DNA of 64,000 nt, from contig CBDCDS010000003.1 of the NCBI GenBank assembly GCA_965215365.1, positions 256,001-320,000 on the forward strand. The letters run 5' to 3'. Position 1 is the first letter of the stretch. Every line of letters begins with the position of its first letter. Origin of the DNA: Gammaproteobacteria bacterium (GTDB lineage: Bacteria; Pseudomonadota; Gammaproteobacteria; Eutrophobiales; Eutrophobiaceae). This document shows positions 10,768-21,428 of this stretch, one piece after another. A program made the position numbers and the translations under genes. The notes below the pieces were generated by a model, which made no database searches, was not told where the DNA came from, and saw only the letters and a program-made list of their open reading frames with translations.

Positions 10768-11026
10768 TTAAAACTCAGCCTGATAGCGCATCAGCAACGC
10801 CACGTCGTGCTCACCCCGCACATGCCCGGTGTCACGCGCGACAACGGTAGCGAAGTACGCGCGGCCGCCGGCCCAAGGCCGGGAATAGGTCAGTTCCAGG
10901 TCGAGCTGGCGCCCCGACGGCGTTAACCCCAATCGGGCCTGCTCAATATGCAGCTGACGCTGCGGAGTGCGTCCCGACACCCAGCGCAGCTGTGCATGCC
11001 CCGCCTCCACCCGTAACGGCTGGGAC
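10768..11026 (-). pseudogene. Duplicated 3' fragment of the S8 peptidase gene
   Basis: Matches the last ~260 bp of the 15302-17950 gene (...LLMRYQAEF). Confidence 0.85.
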
Positions 11027-11120
11027 TGCGTCGCATGACAGCCGGCATTGTAGATTGCGGTCAGGCTCGGTTCAGATACAATTCAATATACTTTGCGCGG
11101 GCATTGGTGGTGACTGTAGA

Positions 11121-11582
11121 TGTCCGGGTTCAGAAACAAGTGAGACTCTTTAGATAAAGAAATCGGGTAGTTAAGTGTGTAAAGTGATTTCGATTAACTT
11201 ACACAGGAGGACTACCCGATGCAGATCAAAAGGTAAGCGGGTGAAATCATATCGCAGTTGGCGCGTCGATGATACTACCGATGCTGACGCGCGCGGTCGT
11301 TTGCAGCAGTTGGAATTAGTTGCGACGTTACGCGAGGATGGGTGTGGTGAGGCGACGGCACTGGCAGCAGTAGGTGGGTCGAGGGCGACCTACTACCGTT
11401 GGTTGAAGCGGTATCGTGAACATGGGCTGAAGGGTCTGGGGTGTGCCTCTCGTGCGCCGCGGCGGCGGCGTGTGCCGCAATGGACGCGCCAGCGCGAGCA
11501 GCAGGTCTTACACCTTCGCCAACGCTATCCGTTGTGGGGTAAGCGCAAGCTCTAGCGGGTGCTTAGGTATTGAACCTAGACA
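11121..11582 (+). mobile_element. Internally deleted IS481-family derivative (462 bp)
   Basis: Left end TGTCCGGGTTCAG is identical to the IS at 53190. Transposase 5' part has an early stop (ATG CAG ATC AAA AGG TAA). Ends in GTATTGAACCTAGACA, like the IS right end. Confidence 0.85.
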
Positions 11583-11649
11583 CCAAACTTGCGGGTGCGT
11601 CGGCGATCTGCTAGACTTGCCACTCTTGTGTAACCTGTCAAGGAGCGCT

Positions 11650-12945
11650 ATGACCACGCCGTTCCCGCATGATTTCAGTGACGAACGCTACTGCAAGGCC
11701 TTAAAGGGGTTATTCAAAGCCGGCACCGGCGTGACCCCACCCAAGCTCGCCGGGCGCGACGCCGAGGCCGAGCTCGCCGCCGATGTGCTGTTAAACCCCT
11801 TGACAGACGGCACCCCCCCGGCAGCGGACCTGGTGCTCTTCGGACCGCGCGGCAACGGCAAGACGGTGTTGCTCACTGATCTCGAGCGGCGCGCGGCGAG
11901 CGCCGGGATTGGCGTGCAAGCGCTGACTGCGCGCAGCTTCAAAGCGCCGGGCGGCCTTGCCGCGGTGTTGTTGAGGCCGGTTTCGGCGACTGAGAGTTCG
12001 CCCGACAAGCCGGATTGGGCGGAGCGCGACGCCGCCAAGGCACTTGATGCGGCGGGGCGCATGGCAAGCCAGACGCTCAGCGTGGACGGGGTTACCGTCG
12101 GCGCGCCTGGACTCGGCACGGTTTCATTGGGGGCGCCTGGCGAGACGGCACTGAATGTCGAACTAGTCGAGCGCTTAACGCGCCAATGTCGCACACAACC
12201 GCTGTTGGTCACCGTGGACGAAGCCCATACACTCGATATCGAGACCGGCGCTGATCTGCTCAACCTCAGCCAGCAGCTGCGGCGCAAAGATGTCCCGTTT
12301 GTCCTGATCTTAGCTGGCACGCCCAACCTCGAGGCGCATTTGCGGCGTATGAACTCCACTTTCTGGAGTCGCTCTGAGATCGCGCCCATTGGCCGGTTGA
12401 GCACTGAGGCCACCGCACAGGCCTTAACCGAGCCGCTCGCTGGTTACTCGGTATCCATCGAGCCCGATGCCTTGGCTAAGGTGGTCGATGACTCACAGTG
12501 TTATCCGTATTTCATTCAGCTCTGGGGACGGGCGCTGTGTGGCGCCTTGGTCAAGCAGGGGTGTGGCCACACGGTGACCTTGGGTCTCGTCGAGCGGGTC
12601 GCCCCCGAGGTCGCCGCGCGCCGCGAACGTTATTACGGGGAGCGGTATCAGGAGCTCGAAGAGCGTGGCCTGCTCGAGGCCGCGGCGCTCGTCGCCGGCT
12701 GTTTCGAGAAGTCCGAGCAGGTGCATAAAGCGACGCTGCGTGCGGCGTTAGGTGAGGAGCTCGGCTTAGACGCCCAGCCGGCCACGGCGGCGCTCGATGA
12801 GATGGCGGCGTTAGGCTATCTCTGGCGCAAGAACACGGCGAATGATTTGTTCGAGCCCGGTATTCCGTCGCTCATGACCCATGTACAGGAACGATTGCAA
12901 GCTACCGTCGATAGGGACACGGCACCGGCAGGGACGCGGCCTTAG
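11650..12945 (+). CDS. STAND/AAA-like ATPase, copy 2
   Basis: Same motifs and length (431 aa) as copy 1. Confidence 0.85.
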   Translation: MTTPFPHDFSDERYCKALKGLFKAGTGVTPPKLAGRDAEAELAADVLLNPLTDGTPPAADLVLFGPRGNGKTVLLTDLERRAASAGIGVQALTARSFKAPGGLAAVLLRPVSATESSPDKPDWAERDAAKALDAAGRMASQTLSVDGVTVGAPGLGTVSLGAPGETALNVELVERLTRQCRTQPLLVTVDEAHTLDIETGADLLNLSQQLRRKDVPFVLILAGTPNLEAHLRRMNSTFWSRSEIAPIGRLSTEATAQALTEPLAGYSVSIEPDALAKVVDDSQCYPYFIQLWGRALCGALVKQGCGHTVTLGLVERVAPEVAARRERYYGERYQELEERGLLEAAALVAGCFEKSEQVHKATLRAALGEELGLDAQPATAALDEMAALGYLWRKNTANDLFEPGIPSLMTHVQERLQATVDRDTAPAGTRP

Positions 12946-13034
12946 CCCGCATATCTCACCAAGTGATGCGAAGATCGCGCCGGATTTGTGATGCGCCCCT
13001 TCCCTGGGGCGCACCCTGCGGACATCCAAATTCC

Positions 13035-13293
13035 TTAAAACTCAGCCTGATAGCGCATCAGCAACGCCACGTCGTGCTCACCCCGCACATGCCCGGTGTC
13101 ACGCGCGACAACGGTAGCGAAGTACGCGCGGCCGCCGGCCCAAGGCCGGGAATAGGTCAGTTCCAGGTCGAGCTGGCGCCCCGACGGCGTTAACCCCAAT
13201 CGGGCCTGCTCAATATGCAGCTGACGCTGCGGAGTGCGTCCCGACACCCAGCGCAGCTGTGCATGCCCCGCCTCCACCCGTAACGGCTGGGAC
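13035..13293 (-). pseudogene. Duplicated 3' fragment of the S8 peptidase gene
   Basis: Repeat-unit copy of 10768-11026. Confidence 0.85.
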
Positions 13294-13387
13294 TGCGTCG
13301 CATGACAGCCGGCATTGTAGATTGCGGTCAGGCTCGGTTCAGATACAATTCAATATACTTTGCGCGGGCATTGGTGGTGACTGTAGA

Positions 13388-13849
13388 TGTCCGGGTTCAG
13401 AAACAAGTGAGACTCTTTAGATAAAGAAATCGGGTAGTTAAGTGTGTAAAGTGATTTCGATTAACTTACACAGGAGGACTACCCGATGCAGATCAAAAGG
13501 TAAGCGGGTGAAATCATATCGCAGTTGGCGCGTCGATGATACTACCGATGCTGACGCGCGCGGTCGTTTGCAGCAGTTGGAATTAGTTGCGACGTTACGC
13601 GAGGATGGGTGTGGTGAGGCGACGGCACTGGCAGCAGTAGGTGGGTCGAGGGCGACCTACTACCGTTGGTTGAAGCGGTATCGTGAACATGGGCTGAAGG
13701 GTCTGGGGTGTGCCTCTCGTGCGCCGCGGCGGCGGCGTGTGCCGCAATGGACGCGCCAGCGCGAGCAGCAGGTCTTACACCTTCGCCAACGCTATCCGTT
13801 GTGGGGTAAGCGCAAGCTCTAGCGGGTGCTTAGGTATTGAACCTAGACA
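13388..13849 (+). mobile_element. Internally deleted IS481-family derivative, second copy
   Basis: Repeat-unit copy of 11121-11582. Confidence 0.85.
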
Positions 13850-13916
13850 CCAAACTTGCGGGTGCGTCGGCGATCTGCTAGACTTGCCACTCTTGTGTAA
13901 CCTGTCAAGGAGCGCT

Positions 13917-15212
13917 ATGACCACGCCGTTCCCGCATGATTTCAGTGACGAACGCTACTGCAAGGCCTTAAAGGGGTTATTCAAAGCCGGCACCGGCGTG
14001 ACCCCACCCAAGCTCGCCGGGCGCGACGCCGAGGCCGAGCTCGCCGCCGATGTGCTGTTAAACCCCTTGACAGACGGCACCCCCCCGGCAGCGGACCTGG
14101 TGCTCTTCGGACCGCGCGGCAACGGCAAGACGGTGTTGCTCACTGATCTCGAGCGGCGCGCGGCGAGCGCCGGGATTGGCGTGCAAGCGCTGACTGCGCG
14201 CAGCTTCAAAGCGCCGGGCGGCCTTGCCGCGGTGTTGTTGAGGCCGGTTTCGGCGACTGAGAGTTCGCCCGACAAGCCGGATTGGGCGGAGCGCGACGCC
14301 GCCAAGGCACTTGATGCGGCGGGGCGCATGGCAAGCCAGACGCTCAGCGTGGACGGGGTTACCGTCGGCGCGCCTGGACTCGGCACGGTTTCATTGGGGG
14401 CGCCTGGCGAGACGGCACTGAATGTCGAACTAGTCGAGCGCTTAACGCGCCAATGTCGCACACAACCGCTGTTGGTCACCGTGGACGAAGCCCATACACT
14501 CGATATCGAGACCGGCGCTGATCTGCTCAACCTCAGCCAGCAGCTGCGGCGCAAAGATGTCCCGTTTGTCCTGATCTTAGCTGGCACGCCCAACCTCGAG
14601 GCGCATTTGCGGCGTATGAACTCCACTTTCTGGAGTCGCTCTGAGATCGCGCCCATTGGCCGGTTGAGCACTGAGGCCACCGCACAGGCCTTAACCGAGC
14701 CGCTCGCTGGTTACTCGGTATCCATCGAGCCCGATGCCTTGGCTAAGGTGGTCGATGACTCACAGTGTTATCCGTATTTCATTCAGCTCTGGGGACGGGC
14801 GCTGTGTGGCGCCTTGGTCAAGCAGGGGTGTGGCCACACGGTGACCTTGGGTCTCGTCGAGCGGGTCGCCCCCGAGGTCGCCGCGCGCCGCGAACGTTAT
14901 TACGGGGAGCGGTATCAGGAGCTCGAAGAGCGTGGCCTGCTCGAGGCCGCGGCGCTCGTCGCCGGCTGTTTCGAGAAGTCCGAGCAGGTGCATAAAGCGA
15001 CGCTGCGTGCGGCGTTAGGTGAGGAGCTCGGCTTAGACGCCCAGCCGGCCACGGCGGCGCTCGATGAGATGGCGGCGTTAGGCTATCTCTGGCGCAAGAA
15101 CACGGCGAATGATTTGTTCGAGCCCGGTATTCCGTCGCTCATGACCCATGTACAGGAACGATTGCAAGCTACCGTCGATAGGGACGCGGCACCGGCAGGG
15201 ACGCGGCCTTAG
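13917..15212 (+). CDS. STAND/AAA-like ATPase, copy 3
   Basis: Same protein as copy 2 except T->A near the C-terminus (DRDTAP vs DRDAAP). Confidence 0.85.
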   Translation: MTTPFPHDFSDERYCKALKGLFKAGTGVTPPKLAGRDAEAELAADVLLNPLTDGTPPAADLVLFGPRGNGKTVLLTDLERRAASAGIGVQALTARSFKAPGGLAAVLLRPVSATESSPDKPDWAERDAAKALDAAGRMASQTLSVDGVTVGAPGLGTVSLGAPGETALNVELVERLTRQCRTQPLLVTVDEAHTLDIETGADLLNLSQQLRRKDVPFVLILAGTPNLEAHLRRMNSTFWSRSEIAPIGRLSTEATAQALTEPLAGYSVSIEPDALAKVVDDSQCYPYFIQLWGRALCGALVKQGCGHTVTLGLVERVAPEVAARRERYYGERYQELEERGLLEAAALVAGCFEKSEQVHKATLRAALGEELGLDAQPATAALDEMAALGYLWRKNTANDLFEPGIPSLMTHVQERLQATVDRDAAPAGTRP

Positions 15213-15301
15213 CCCGCATATCTCACCAAGTGATGCGAAGATCGCACCGGATTTGTGATGCGCCCCTTCCCTGGGGCGCACCCTGCGGACATCCAAATTC
15301 C

Positions 15302-17950
15302 TTAAAACTCAGCCTGATAGCGCATCAGCAACGCCACGTCGTGCTCACCCCGCACATGCCCGGTGTCACGCGCGACAACGGTAGCGAAGTACGCGCGGCC
15401 GCCGGCCCAAGGCCGGGAATAGGTCAGTTCCAGGTCGAGCTGGCGCCCCGACGGCGTTAACCCCAATCGGGCCTGCTCAATATGCAGCTGACGCTGCGGA
15501 GTGCGTCCCGACACCCAGCGCAGCTGTGCATGCCCCGCCTCCACCCGTAACGGCTGGGACAGCCTTAGCGCCAGACGGTCCTGCGCGCCGGTGACCCCGT
15601 CGCCGCTAATTCCGAGTGAGAAGGCGCTGGTCCACAGCGCTGACGGATTGCGCAACATGCCCTGATAGCGCGCAGCAGCCTGGCTCAGACCCAGATGTGC
15701 GCTGCCCAGCAAGGTCCAAACGTCGTTCAATCGGCGCCCGGCGGACAGGCCCAGAAAGGCCGTCCCACCCGCAAAGTCGCCAAAGGCGCCGCGCGCGCGC
15801 TGACCGAGGACCCGTTCCGCTTCCGCCAGCCATCCTAACTGTAAGGATGCGTCGGCAGCGTCCGGCCAATGCAGCCGGTACTCAGCCAGCAGGCCCGTGG
15901 CTGGTGCTGAGTCAGTATCCTGCTGCTCGCCATATTGTGCCGACCCGTGAAAGGCGGCCACGCGCAAGGAACCACTTCCCGACCCGCTGAACCGGTCAGA
16001 ATTAAATGGAAAGAGTACAGCATAGCCCAGGTGGGCGCCATTGCGCGCCAGGCCAAGATAAGGATTGGTAAACGCCGCAGGGTCGCTGAAGGCGCCGGGT
16101 TTCAGCCCCACACGGCGCATGGAGGATGTCGGGTGCGCTTCGAACCACCGGTTCGGATCGTCGCGATAGCCAAGAAAAAACTGCCCGCCGGCCCCACTCC
16201 AGGTGGTTGACAGGGACGCGACCCGAATCGGCACGGCCTCAGTTACACGCCCGTCGTTGCGCCCGGCCCGGGTTGCCGGGTCGGTGTGGTCGCGGTGGCG
16301 CTGGCTTGCGCGGGTCAGACGTATCCGTGCAGACGCGTCGTGACGCTGCCAGAGTGCGCTACGCCGCTCGTTGCCCAGGGTGTAAAGACGCTCCTCAAGC
16401 CCGACCCGGGCGGCAACATCCGCCTGCAGGTACTCATCAAGCGCATGGAAGAATGGCGCCGCCGCCTCATCAAAGCTCGCCACCTCTTTGGCGGCCAATC
16501 CCCGCGCCAGCGCGTCGCCAAAGGCCGCGCCCTGACGCAGCATACTGTCGCTGGTCGGCGCCGCAGCCCCGGACAGTGACTCGCCGAGCAGCAGCCGCGT
16601 CTGCCCGCGCGGCCGGGTGGCGGCGTCAAGGTCTAAAAACCCCTGGCCGTAGGTATCCGCATCCGCATAAATGCCGGTCTTGTCGGCGCTGCTGAGCAGC
16701 CGCTGCACCAGCTCGTCATTGCCAAGTTGATTGCGGTAGTGCTGCGCCAGTAGCGCAAGCCCGCCAGTAACAAAGGGCGCCGCCGCAGAGGTTCCCGAAT
16801 CCTCAATAATGCCGAAGCACTCTGCGGTATCAGCCGGGCAATAGAGGGCGGGGACCGGGGCGGCGATGGCAACGCCCGGCGCGGCCAGACAAAAATCCTG
16901 CGCAATACCGCAAAAGTTGGAGAAATCTGCAATGTTGCCTTCCCGATCCGTTGCCACTACGGCGATACTGTGACCGCGCAGCGCCGGAAATCGCACCGGC
17001 AGACCGGCTGCGATCTCAACTGAACTGGCGGAGTCGATAGAACCGTCAGACATCATCTCACCACGGGCGTTGCCGCCCGCCCATACGTAGATGGTGCGCT
17101 CCGCAGCCGGCACGTCTGCTTGGGTCACCGCCTGAATAATGTTGGGCGCGCGCGCCTGTAACTCCTCGGCAGTGTAATTTTCAATATTGCCGGAGAGGCC
17201 CAAGCTGGCATTCACGGCTACGACCCTGGAGTTCAGCCTGTTGAAGGCTGCGGCAATTTTCTTCTCGACCTCGGCCTCTCGCCGGGCGAGGCGCTCTTGA
17301 ACTTGTTCGATAAATTGCTGCAACTCCTCAGGCGTGGGAGCTGCCGGTGGCTCTGGCAACAGGTCATCGTGCAGGCTGATATCGGGCGAGATCGAGATAA
17401 CGCCAGCATCGAAGGCAACGCCATGAACGGCAGCCTCAGGACCGAAGAAGGTCCGCCCCATAGCGGCGGCCCGATTGGCGGCAGCCGCCGCCGAGTCGTC
17501 GTTAGCGGCTTCCGAGGCGGCGCTTCTGGCGGCTGCCATGATGCCGGCCACATAGGTGCCATGTCCTATATCGCTCTGGCAGCGACCATCGTCCGCAGGC
17601 GATTCACAGACGCGGAAGTCCGGTTTGTAGCCATCCACTTCGAGCACCTCGAGCTTGCCCCGGAACCTGGGATGATCCGGATCGACGCCGGTATCAACGA
17701 TGCCCAGCGTCACTCCGGCGCCGGTTGCGCCTCTGGCATAAGCGTAATGCGCCTTGATCTGAGCCAGCCCATACTGATTGCGGAATTCGGTGCGTGCAGC
17801 AGCCTCTTCGCGTCGCTGCCGCTCCGCAACCTCCGGAGCGACCGCCGCCGGCGCCAGCTTGACGGTACCGTTGTCGCTGGCGCAGCCGGACACGAGCAAG
17901 TACAGGCCCAGCAGCAGCGCCAATGGCGCGCGCAGCGCTACCGCGGTCAT
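15302..17950 (-). CDS. S8 (subtilisin-like) serine peptidase with lipoprotein signal and autotransporter-like C-terminal beta-barrel
   Basis: LLVSGC lipobox; catalytic IVDTG, HGTYVAG and GTSAAAP; YGQGFLDL; terminal F. Start is 17950 or 17959. Confidence 0.85.
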   Translation of the reverse strand: MTAVALRAPLALLLGLYLLVSGCASDNGTVKLAPAAVAPEVAERQRREEAAARTEFRNQYGLAQIKAHYAYARGATGAGVTLGIVDTGVDPDHPRFRGKLEVLEVDGYKPDFRVCESPADDGRCQSDIGHGTYVAGIMAAARSAASEAANDDSAAAAANRAAAMGRTFFGPEAAVHGVAFDAGVISISPDISLHDDLLPEPPAAPTPEELQQFIEQVQERLARREAEVEKKIAAAFNRLNSRVVAVNASLGLSGNIENYTAEELQARAPNIIQAVTQADVPAAERTIYVWAGGNARGEMMSDGSIDSASSVEIAAGLPVRFPALRGHSIAVVATDREGNIADFSNFCGIAQDFCLAAPGVAIAAPVPALYCPADTAECFGIIEDSGTSAAAPFVTGGLALLAQHYRNQLGNDELVQRLLSSADKTGIYADADTYGQGFLDLDAATRPRGQTRLLLGESLSGAAAPTSDSMLRQGAAFGDALARGLAAKEVASFDEAAAPFFHALDEYLQADVAARVGLEERLYTLGNERRSALWQRHDASARIRLTRASQRHRDHTDPATRAGRNDGRVTEAVPIRVASLSTTWSGAGGQFFLGYRDDPNRWFEAHPTSSMRRVGLKPGAFSDPAAFTNPYLGLARNGAHLGYAVLFPFNSDRFSGSGSGSLRVAAFHGSAQYGEQQDTDSAPATGLLAEYRLHWPDAADASLQLGWLAEAERVLGQRARGAFGDFAGGTAFLGLSAGRRLNDVWTLLGSAHLGLSQAAARYQGMLRNPSALWTSAFSLGISGDGVTGAQDRLALRLSQPLRVEAGHAQLRWVSGRTPQRQLHIEQARLGLTPSGRQLDLELTYSRPWAGGRAYFATVVARDTGHVRGEHDVALLMRYQAEF

Positions 17951-17968
17951 CTTATCCACAGCCTCACC

Positions 17969-18388
17969 TCAGGATGGCGCAACAATTTCGTAAGTGTGCA
18001 TTATCTGCGCGGTCTTACCCAGCATAATCGAAGCGGAACAGTATTTTTCCGCAGACAGGTTGATGGCCCGCTCAACCTGCGCGGCTTTGAGCCCGGCGCC
18101 GGTGATGATGAAATGCACCCGTATTTCAGTAAATACCCTGGGGTGCTCAGCCGCCCGGGTCGATGAAATTTCGCTCCGGCAAGCGCTGATGTCCTGCCTG
18201 GACTTCTTCAGGATGGACAACACGTCATAGCTCATGCAGGCGCCCATGCCCAGCAGCAGGGTCTCCATAGGGCGCGGCCCCAGGTTTTTGCCACCGCCCT
18301 CAGGCGGGCCGTCAATGACAATAGTGCGGCCGTTTTCGGACTCGCCGATAAACGCCGCGCCACCGGCCCAGGTCAGGTTAGTCTTCAT
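17969..18388 (-). CDS. OsmC family protein (YhfA-like)
   Basis: GPRPMETLLLGMGAC...SAEKYCSAS. Confidence 0.88.
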   Translation of the reverse strand: MKTNLTWAGGAAFIGESENGRTIVIDGPPEGGGKNLGPRPMETLLLGMGACMSYDVLSILKKSRQDISACRSEISSTRAAEHPRVFTEIRVHFIITGAGLKAAQVERAINLSAEKYCSASIMLGKTAQIMHTYEIVAPS

Positions 18389-18498
18389 ATTGGTCACTCC
18401 CATGGAATATAGCAAAGAGTAACATATTTGCCGACCCGGACAGAACCCAGGCATTGACTTCCGGCTGCCGATAGGCTAGTGTCCGCGCGTGTAACCAT

Positions 18499-18575
18499 GG
18501 CTATGTAGCTCAGTCGGTCAGAGCGCAGCATTCATAATGCTGATGTCGGTGGTTCAAGTCCACCCATAGCCACCA
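18499..18575 (+). tRNA. tRNA-Met (CAT), elongator type
   Basis: Acceptor stem GGCTATG/CATAGCC, anticodon arm CAGCA-TTCATAA-TGCTG, T-loop GTTCAAGTC, encoded CCA; 77 nt. Confidence 0.95.
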
Positions 18576-18582
18576 TACTTCA

Positions 18583-19959
18583 ATGACAAAAAAAGTTTTC
18601 ATCAAGACCTTCGGCTGCCAGATGAACGAGTACGATTCCGCGAAGATGCGGGACGTGTTGCGTGAGGCTCAGGGAATGCAGGCAACAGAGCAGCCTGAAG
18701 ACGCCGATTTCGTCATCTTCAACACCTGCTCTATCCGCGAGAAGGCCCAGGAGAAACTATTCTCGGAACTCGGTCGCTGGCGGCAACGAAAACAGGAGCA
18801 GCCGGATTTCATGATCGGCGTGGGCGGGTGCGTCGCCAGCCAGGAAGGCGCTGCCATCCATGCCCGGGCGCCGTTCGTGGATGTGATATTCGGCCCGCAG
18901 ACCCTGCACCGGCTGCCGCGCCTGTACGATCAGGCGCGGCGCAGTGGGCGCCCGGCCGTTGATATTTCCTTTCCCGAAATTGAAAAATTCGACTGCCTGC
19001 CCGAACCCCGGGCGGAGGGCCCGGTCGCCTTTGTTTCCATCATGGAAGGATGCAGTAAATACTGCACCTTCTGCGTCGTGCCGTATACGCGTGGGGAGGA
19101 GATTTCCCGGCCGCTGGATGATGTGCTCGGCGAAGTAGCCGAGCTGGCCGCGCAGGGCGTGAAAGAAGTGACCCTGCTGGGGCAGAACGTGAACGCCTAT
19201 CGCGGCGCCACCTATGAAGGGGGCAGCGCCGATCTGGCCGAGCTGATCGAGTACGTCGCCGCCATTGACGGCATCCACCGTATTCGTTACACCACGTCTC
19301 ACCCCGTTGAGTTCTGCGACCGGCTGCTCGAGGTGTACCGGCGCGTGCCCGAACTGGTCAGCCATGTGCACCTGCCGGTACAGAGCGGTTCGGACCGCAT
19401 ACTTGCCCTGATGAAGCGCGGGCACACCGTGCTGGAGTACAAGTCGAAACTGAGGAAGCTGCGTAAAATCAGGCCGGATATCAGTATCTCCTCTGATTTC
19501 ATCGTCGGTTTTCCGGGAGAAACCGATGCCGACTTCCAGGCCACCCTGGACCTGGTCGCGGCGATCGGCTTTGACCAGTCTTTCAGTTTCATCTACAGCA
19601 AGAGACCGGGAACGCCCGCGGCAAGCTACCCGGACGACGTCACGCCGGAGCAGAAAAAACAGCGCTTGCAAATCCTCCAGGCCCGGCTCAGGCAACAGGC
19701 TCAGACGATCAGCCGGCGCATGATCGGTTCGGTACAGAAAGTGCTGGTAGAGGGTCACTCGCGCAAGGATGGCCGCGAGCTGGCCGGCCGCACTGCGAAT
19801 AATCGCGTGGTCAATTTCCCGGGCGCGCCCGAACTGATCGGCGCTTTGGTGGACGTCAACATCACCCGGGCGCTGCCCAATTCCCTGCGCGGGGAGCTGG
19901 CTGAGGCGCCCGGATGGTCCTGCGAACTGCAGGGAACCTCTAAGCACGCGGTGTCCTGA
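18583..19959 (+). CDS. miaB: tRNA-2-methylthio-N6-dimethylallyladenosine synthase
   Basis: [11 protein letters not shown], radical SAM motif CSKYCTFC, C-terminal TRAM domain. Confidence 0.97.
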   Translation: MTKKVFIKTFGCQMNEYDSAKMRDVLREAQGMQATEQPEDADFVIFNTCSIREKAQEKLFSELGRWRQRKQEQPDFMIGVGGCVASQEGAAIHARAPFVDVIFGPQTLHRLPRLYDQARRSGRPAVDISFPEIEKFDCLPEPRAEGPVAFVSIMEGCSKYCTFCVVPYTRGEEISRPLDDVLGEVAELAAQGVKEVTLLGQNVNAYRGATYEGGSADLAELIEYVAAIDGIHRIRYTTSHPVEFCDRLLEVYRRVPELVSHVHLPVQSGSDRILALMKRGHTVLEYKSKLRKLRKIRPDISISSDFIVGFPGETDADFQATLDLVAAIGFDQSFSFIYSKRPGTPAASYPDDVTPEQKKQRLQILQARLRQQAQTISRRMIGSVQKVLVEGHSRKDGRELAGRTANNRVVNFPGAPELIGALVDVNITRALPNSLRGELAEAPGWSCELQGTSKHAVS

Positions 19960-19962
19960 TAT

Positions 19963-20940
19963 TTGAGCGTTTCTGCACACAACACCGCCGCCTTCGAGGT
20001 CCGGCTGGAACCGGCCGACAATGACAGGCTGGCCAATTTATGTGGTTCCCTGGACGCGCACCTGCGTCAGATCGAAAGGCGTCTTGGCGTTGAGATAAAT
20101 AACCGCGGCAATGCCTTCCGCATTGTCGGGGATGACAACATTGTGCGCGTGACCCGCCGCTTGTTGACGGACTTGTACGCAGCCACCGCAGAGGACAACC
20201 TGTCGCCGGAGAAGATCCACCTGTGGTTGCAGGACCAGGCTATCGACGATGCTGTGAACGAACAGGTCGGCACTGAGGTTGTCATCAAAACCAGGCGCGG
20301 CGTCGTCAAGGGCCGCAGTCCCAACCAGCGGTTATACCTGAATAACATCCAGTCGCACGATGTCAGTTTCGGGATTGGCCCGGCCGGTACGGGTAAAACC
20401 TATCTGGCCGTGGCCAGCGCCGTGGTGGCCTTACAGCAGCAGCGCGTGCGGCGCCTGGTGCTGGTACGCCCGGCAGTGGAGGCCGGGGAAAAACTGGGCT
20501 ACCTGCCCGGCGATCTGGTGCAGAAAGTCGATCCGTACCTGCGCCCGTTGTACGATGCCTTGTATGAAATGCTGGGCTTTGACCAGGTGATGAAATTCAT
20601 TGAAAAAAATGTCATAGAGGTGGCGCCGCTGGCCTTCATGCGGGGTCGCTCCCTGAACGAGTCCTTCATCATCCTGGACGAAGCGCAAAATACCACTATC
20701 GAACAGATGAAAATGTTCCTGACCCGCATCGGTTTCAATTCCACGGCCGTGATTACCGGCGATATTACCCAGATTGACTTGCCGCAAGGTAAAACCTCGG
20801 GTCTGCGCCACGTCATTGACATCCTTGAGCAGGAAGCCGGTATCAGTTTTACCTTCTTCAAATCCAGGGACGTGGTGCGCCATCCACTGGTGGCGCGCAT
20901 CCTGAACGCGTATGAAAAGAGTGAACGCAGCGGGGACTGA
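19963..20940 (+). CDS. ybeZ: PhoH family ATPase
   Basis: GPAGTGKT, RPAVEAGE, MRGRS, DEAQN; conserved synteny. Confidence 0.95.
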   Translation: MSVSAHNTAAFEVRLEPADNDRLANLCGSLDAHLRQIERRLGVEINNRGNAFRIVGDDNIVRVTRRLLTDLYAATAEDNLSPEKIHLWLQDQAIDDAVNEQVGTEVVIKTRRGVVKGRSPNQRLYLNNIQSHDVSFGIGPAGTGKTYLAVASAVVALQQQRVRRLVLVRPAVEAGEKLGYLPGDLVQKVDPYLRPLYDALYEMLGFDQVMKFIEKNVIEVAPLAFMRGRSLNESFIILDEAQNTTIEQMKMFLTRIGFNSTAVITGDITQIDLPQGKTSGLRHVIDILEQEAGISFTFFKSRDVVRHPLVARILNAYEKSERSGD

Positions 20941-21403
20941 CATTACCGTGCAGTGTGTCGCCACGGAGCATTTCGTTCCGGCTGAAAAAGAAATCCGGCG
21001 TTGGGCCGGCGCCGCGCTGGCGCGCGCCGGCGCGGCCGGGGAAGTGACCATCCGCATTACCGGCGCAGCTGAGATGCGCGCGCTCAACCGCCAGTGGCGC
21101 GACGCCGACCGTCCGACCAATGTGCTGTCATTCCCACTGCATGACGCCGACTGCCTGCTGCTTGGGGATGTGGTGATATGTGCGCCGGTGCTGGCGCAGG
21201 AAGCCGCACAACAGGGTAAATCCCTGCACGCGCATTGGGCGCATATCACTATTCATGGTATTTTACATTTAATGGGTTATGATCACGTCGATGACAACAC
21301 TGCCGGGATCATGGAAGCAAAAGAAACCGCGCTGATGCAGGCACTGGGATTCCCTGACCCATATCTTCCGGAGATTGCAACAAATGCTGCACAATCAGAC
21401 TGA
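20912..21403 (+). CDS. ybeY: rRNA maturation endoribonuclease
   Basis: PTNVLSFP and HGILHLMGYDH. Confidence 0.95.
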   Translation: MKRVNAAGTDITVQCVATEHFVPAEKEIRRWAGAALARAGAAGEVTIRITGAAEMRALNRQWRDADRPTNVLSFPLHDADCLLLGDVVICAPVLAQEAAQQGKSLHAHWAHITIHGILHLMGYDHVDDNTAGIMEAKETALMQALGFPDPYLPEIATNAAQSD

Positions 21404-21428
21404 CGCGGTACAGCCGCGCCGATAACCA

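Larger units (their letters stand above)
9305..15560. repeat. Tandem direct repeat, 2267-bp unit, about 2.8 copies (9305-11571, 11572-13838, 13839-15560)
   Basis: Identical landmarks recur at 2267-bp offsets (ATG 9383/11650/13917; stops 10678/12945/15212). Each unit is ATPase + 3' tail of the S8 gene + internally deleted IS. Confidence 0.97.

Noticed and set aside
11443-11649. N-terminal extensions of the ATPase ORFs (also 9230 and 13710) in the ORF track
   Set aside because: They run through IS or tusA sequence; an AAGGAG RBS supports the MTTPF start.
9383-12945. Diversity-generating retroelement (template/variable repeat pair)
   Set aside because: Differences are not adenine-specific and there is no reverse transcriptase in the window.
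18499-18575. tRNA-Met as an island integration site
   Set aside because: No duplicated tRNA 3' end or integrase was seen; miaB follows directly.
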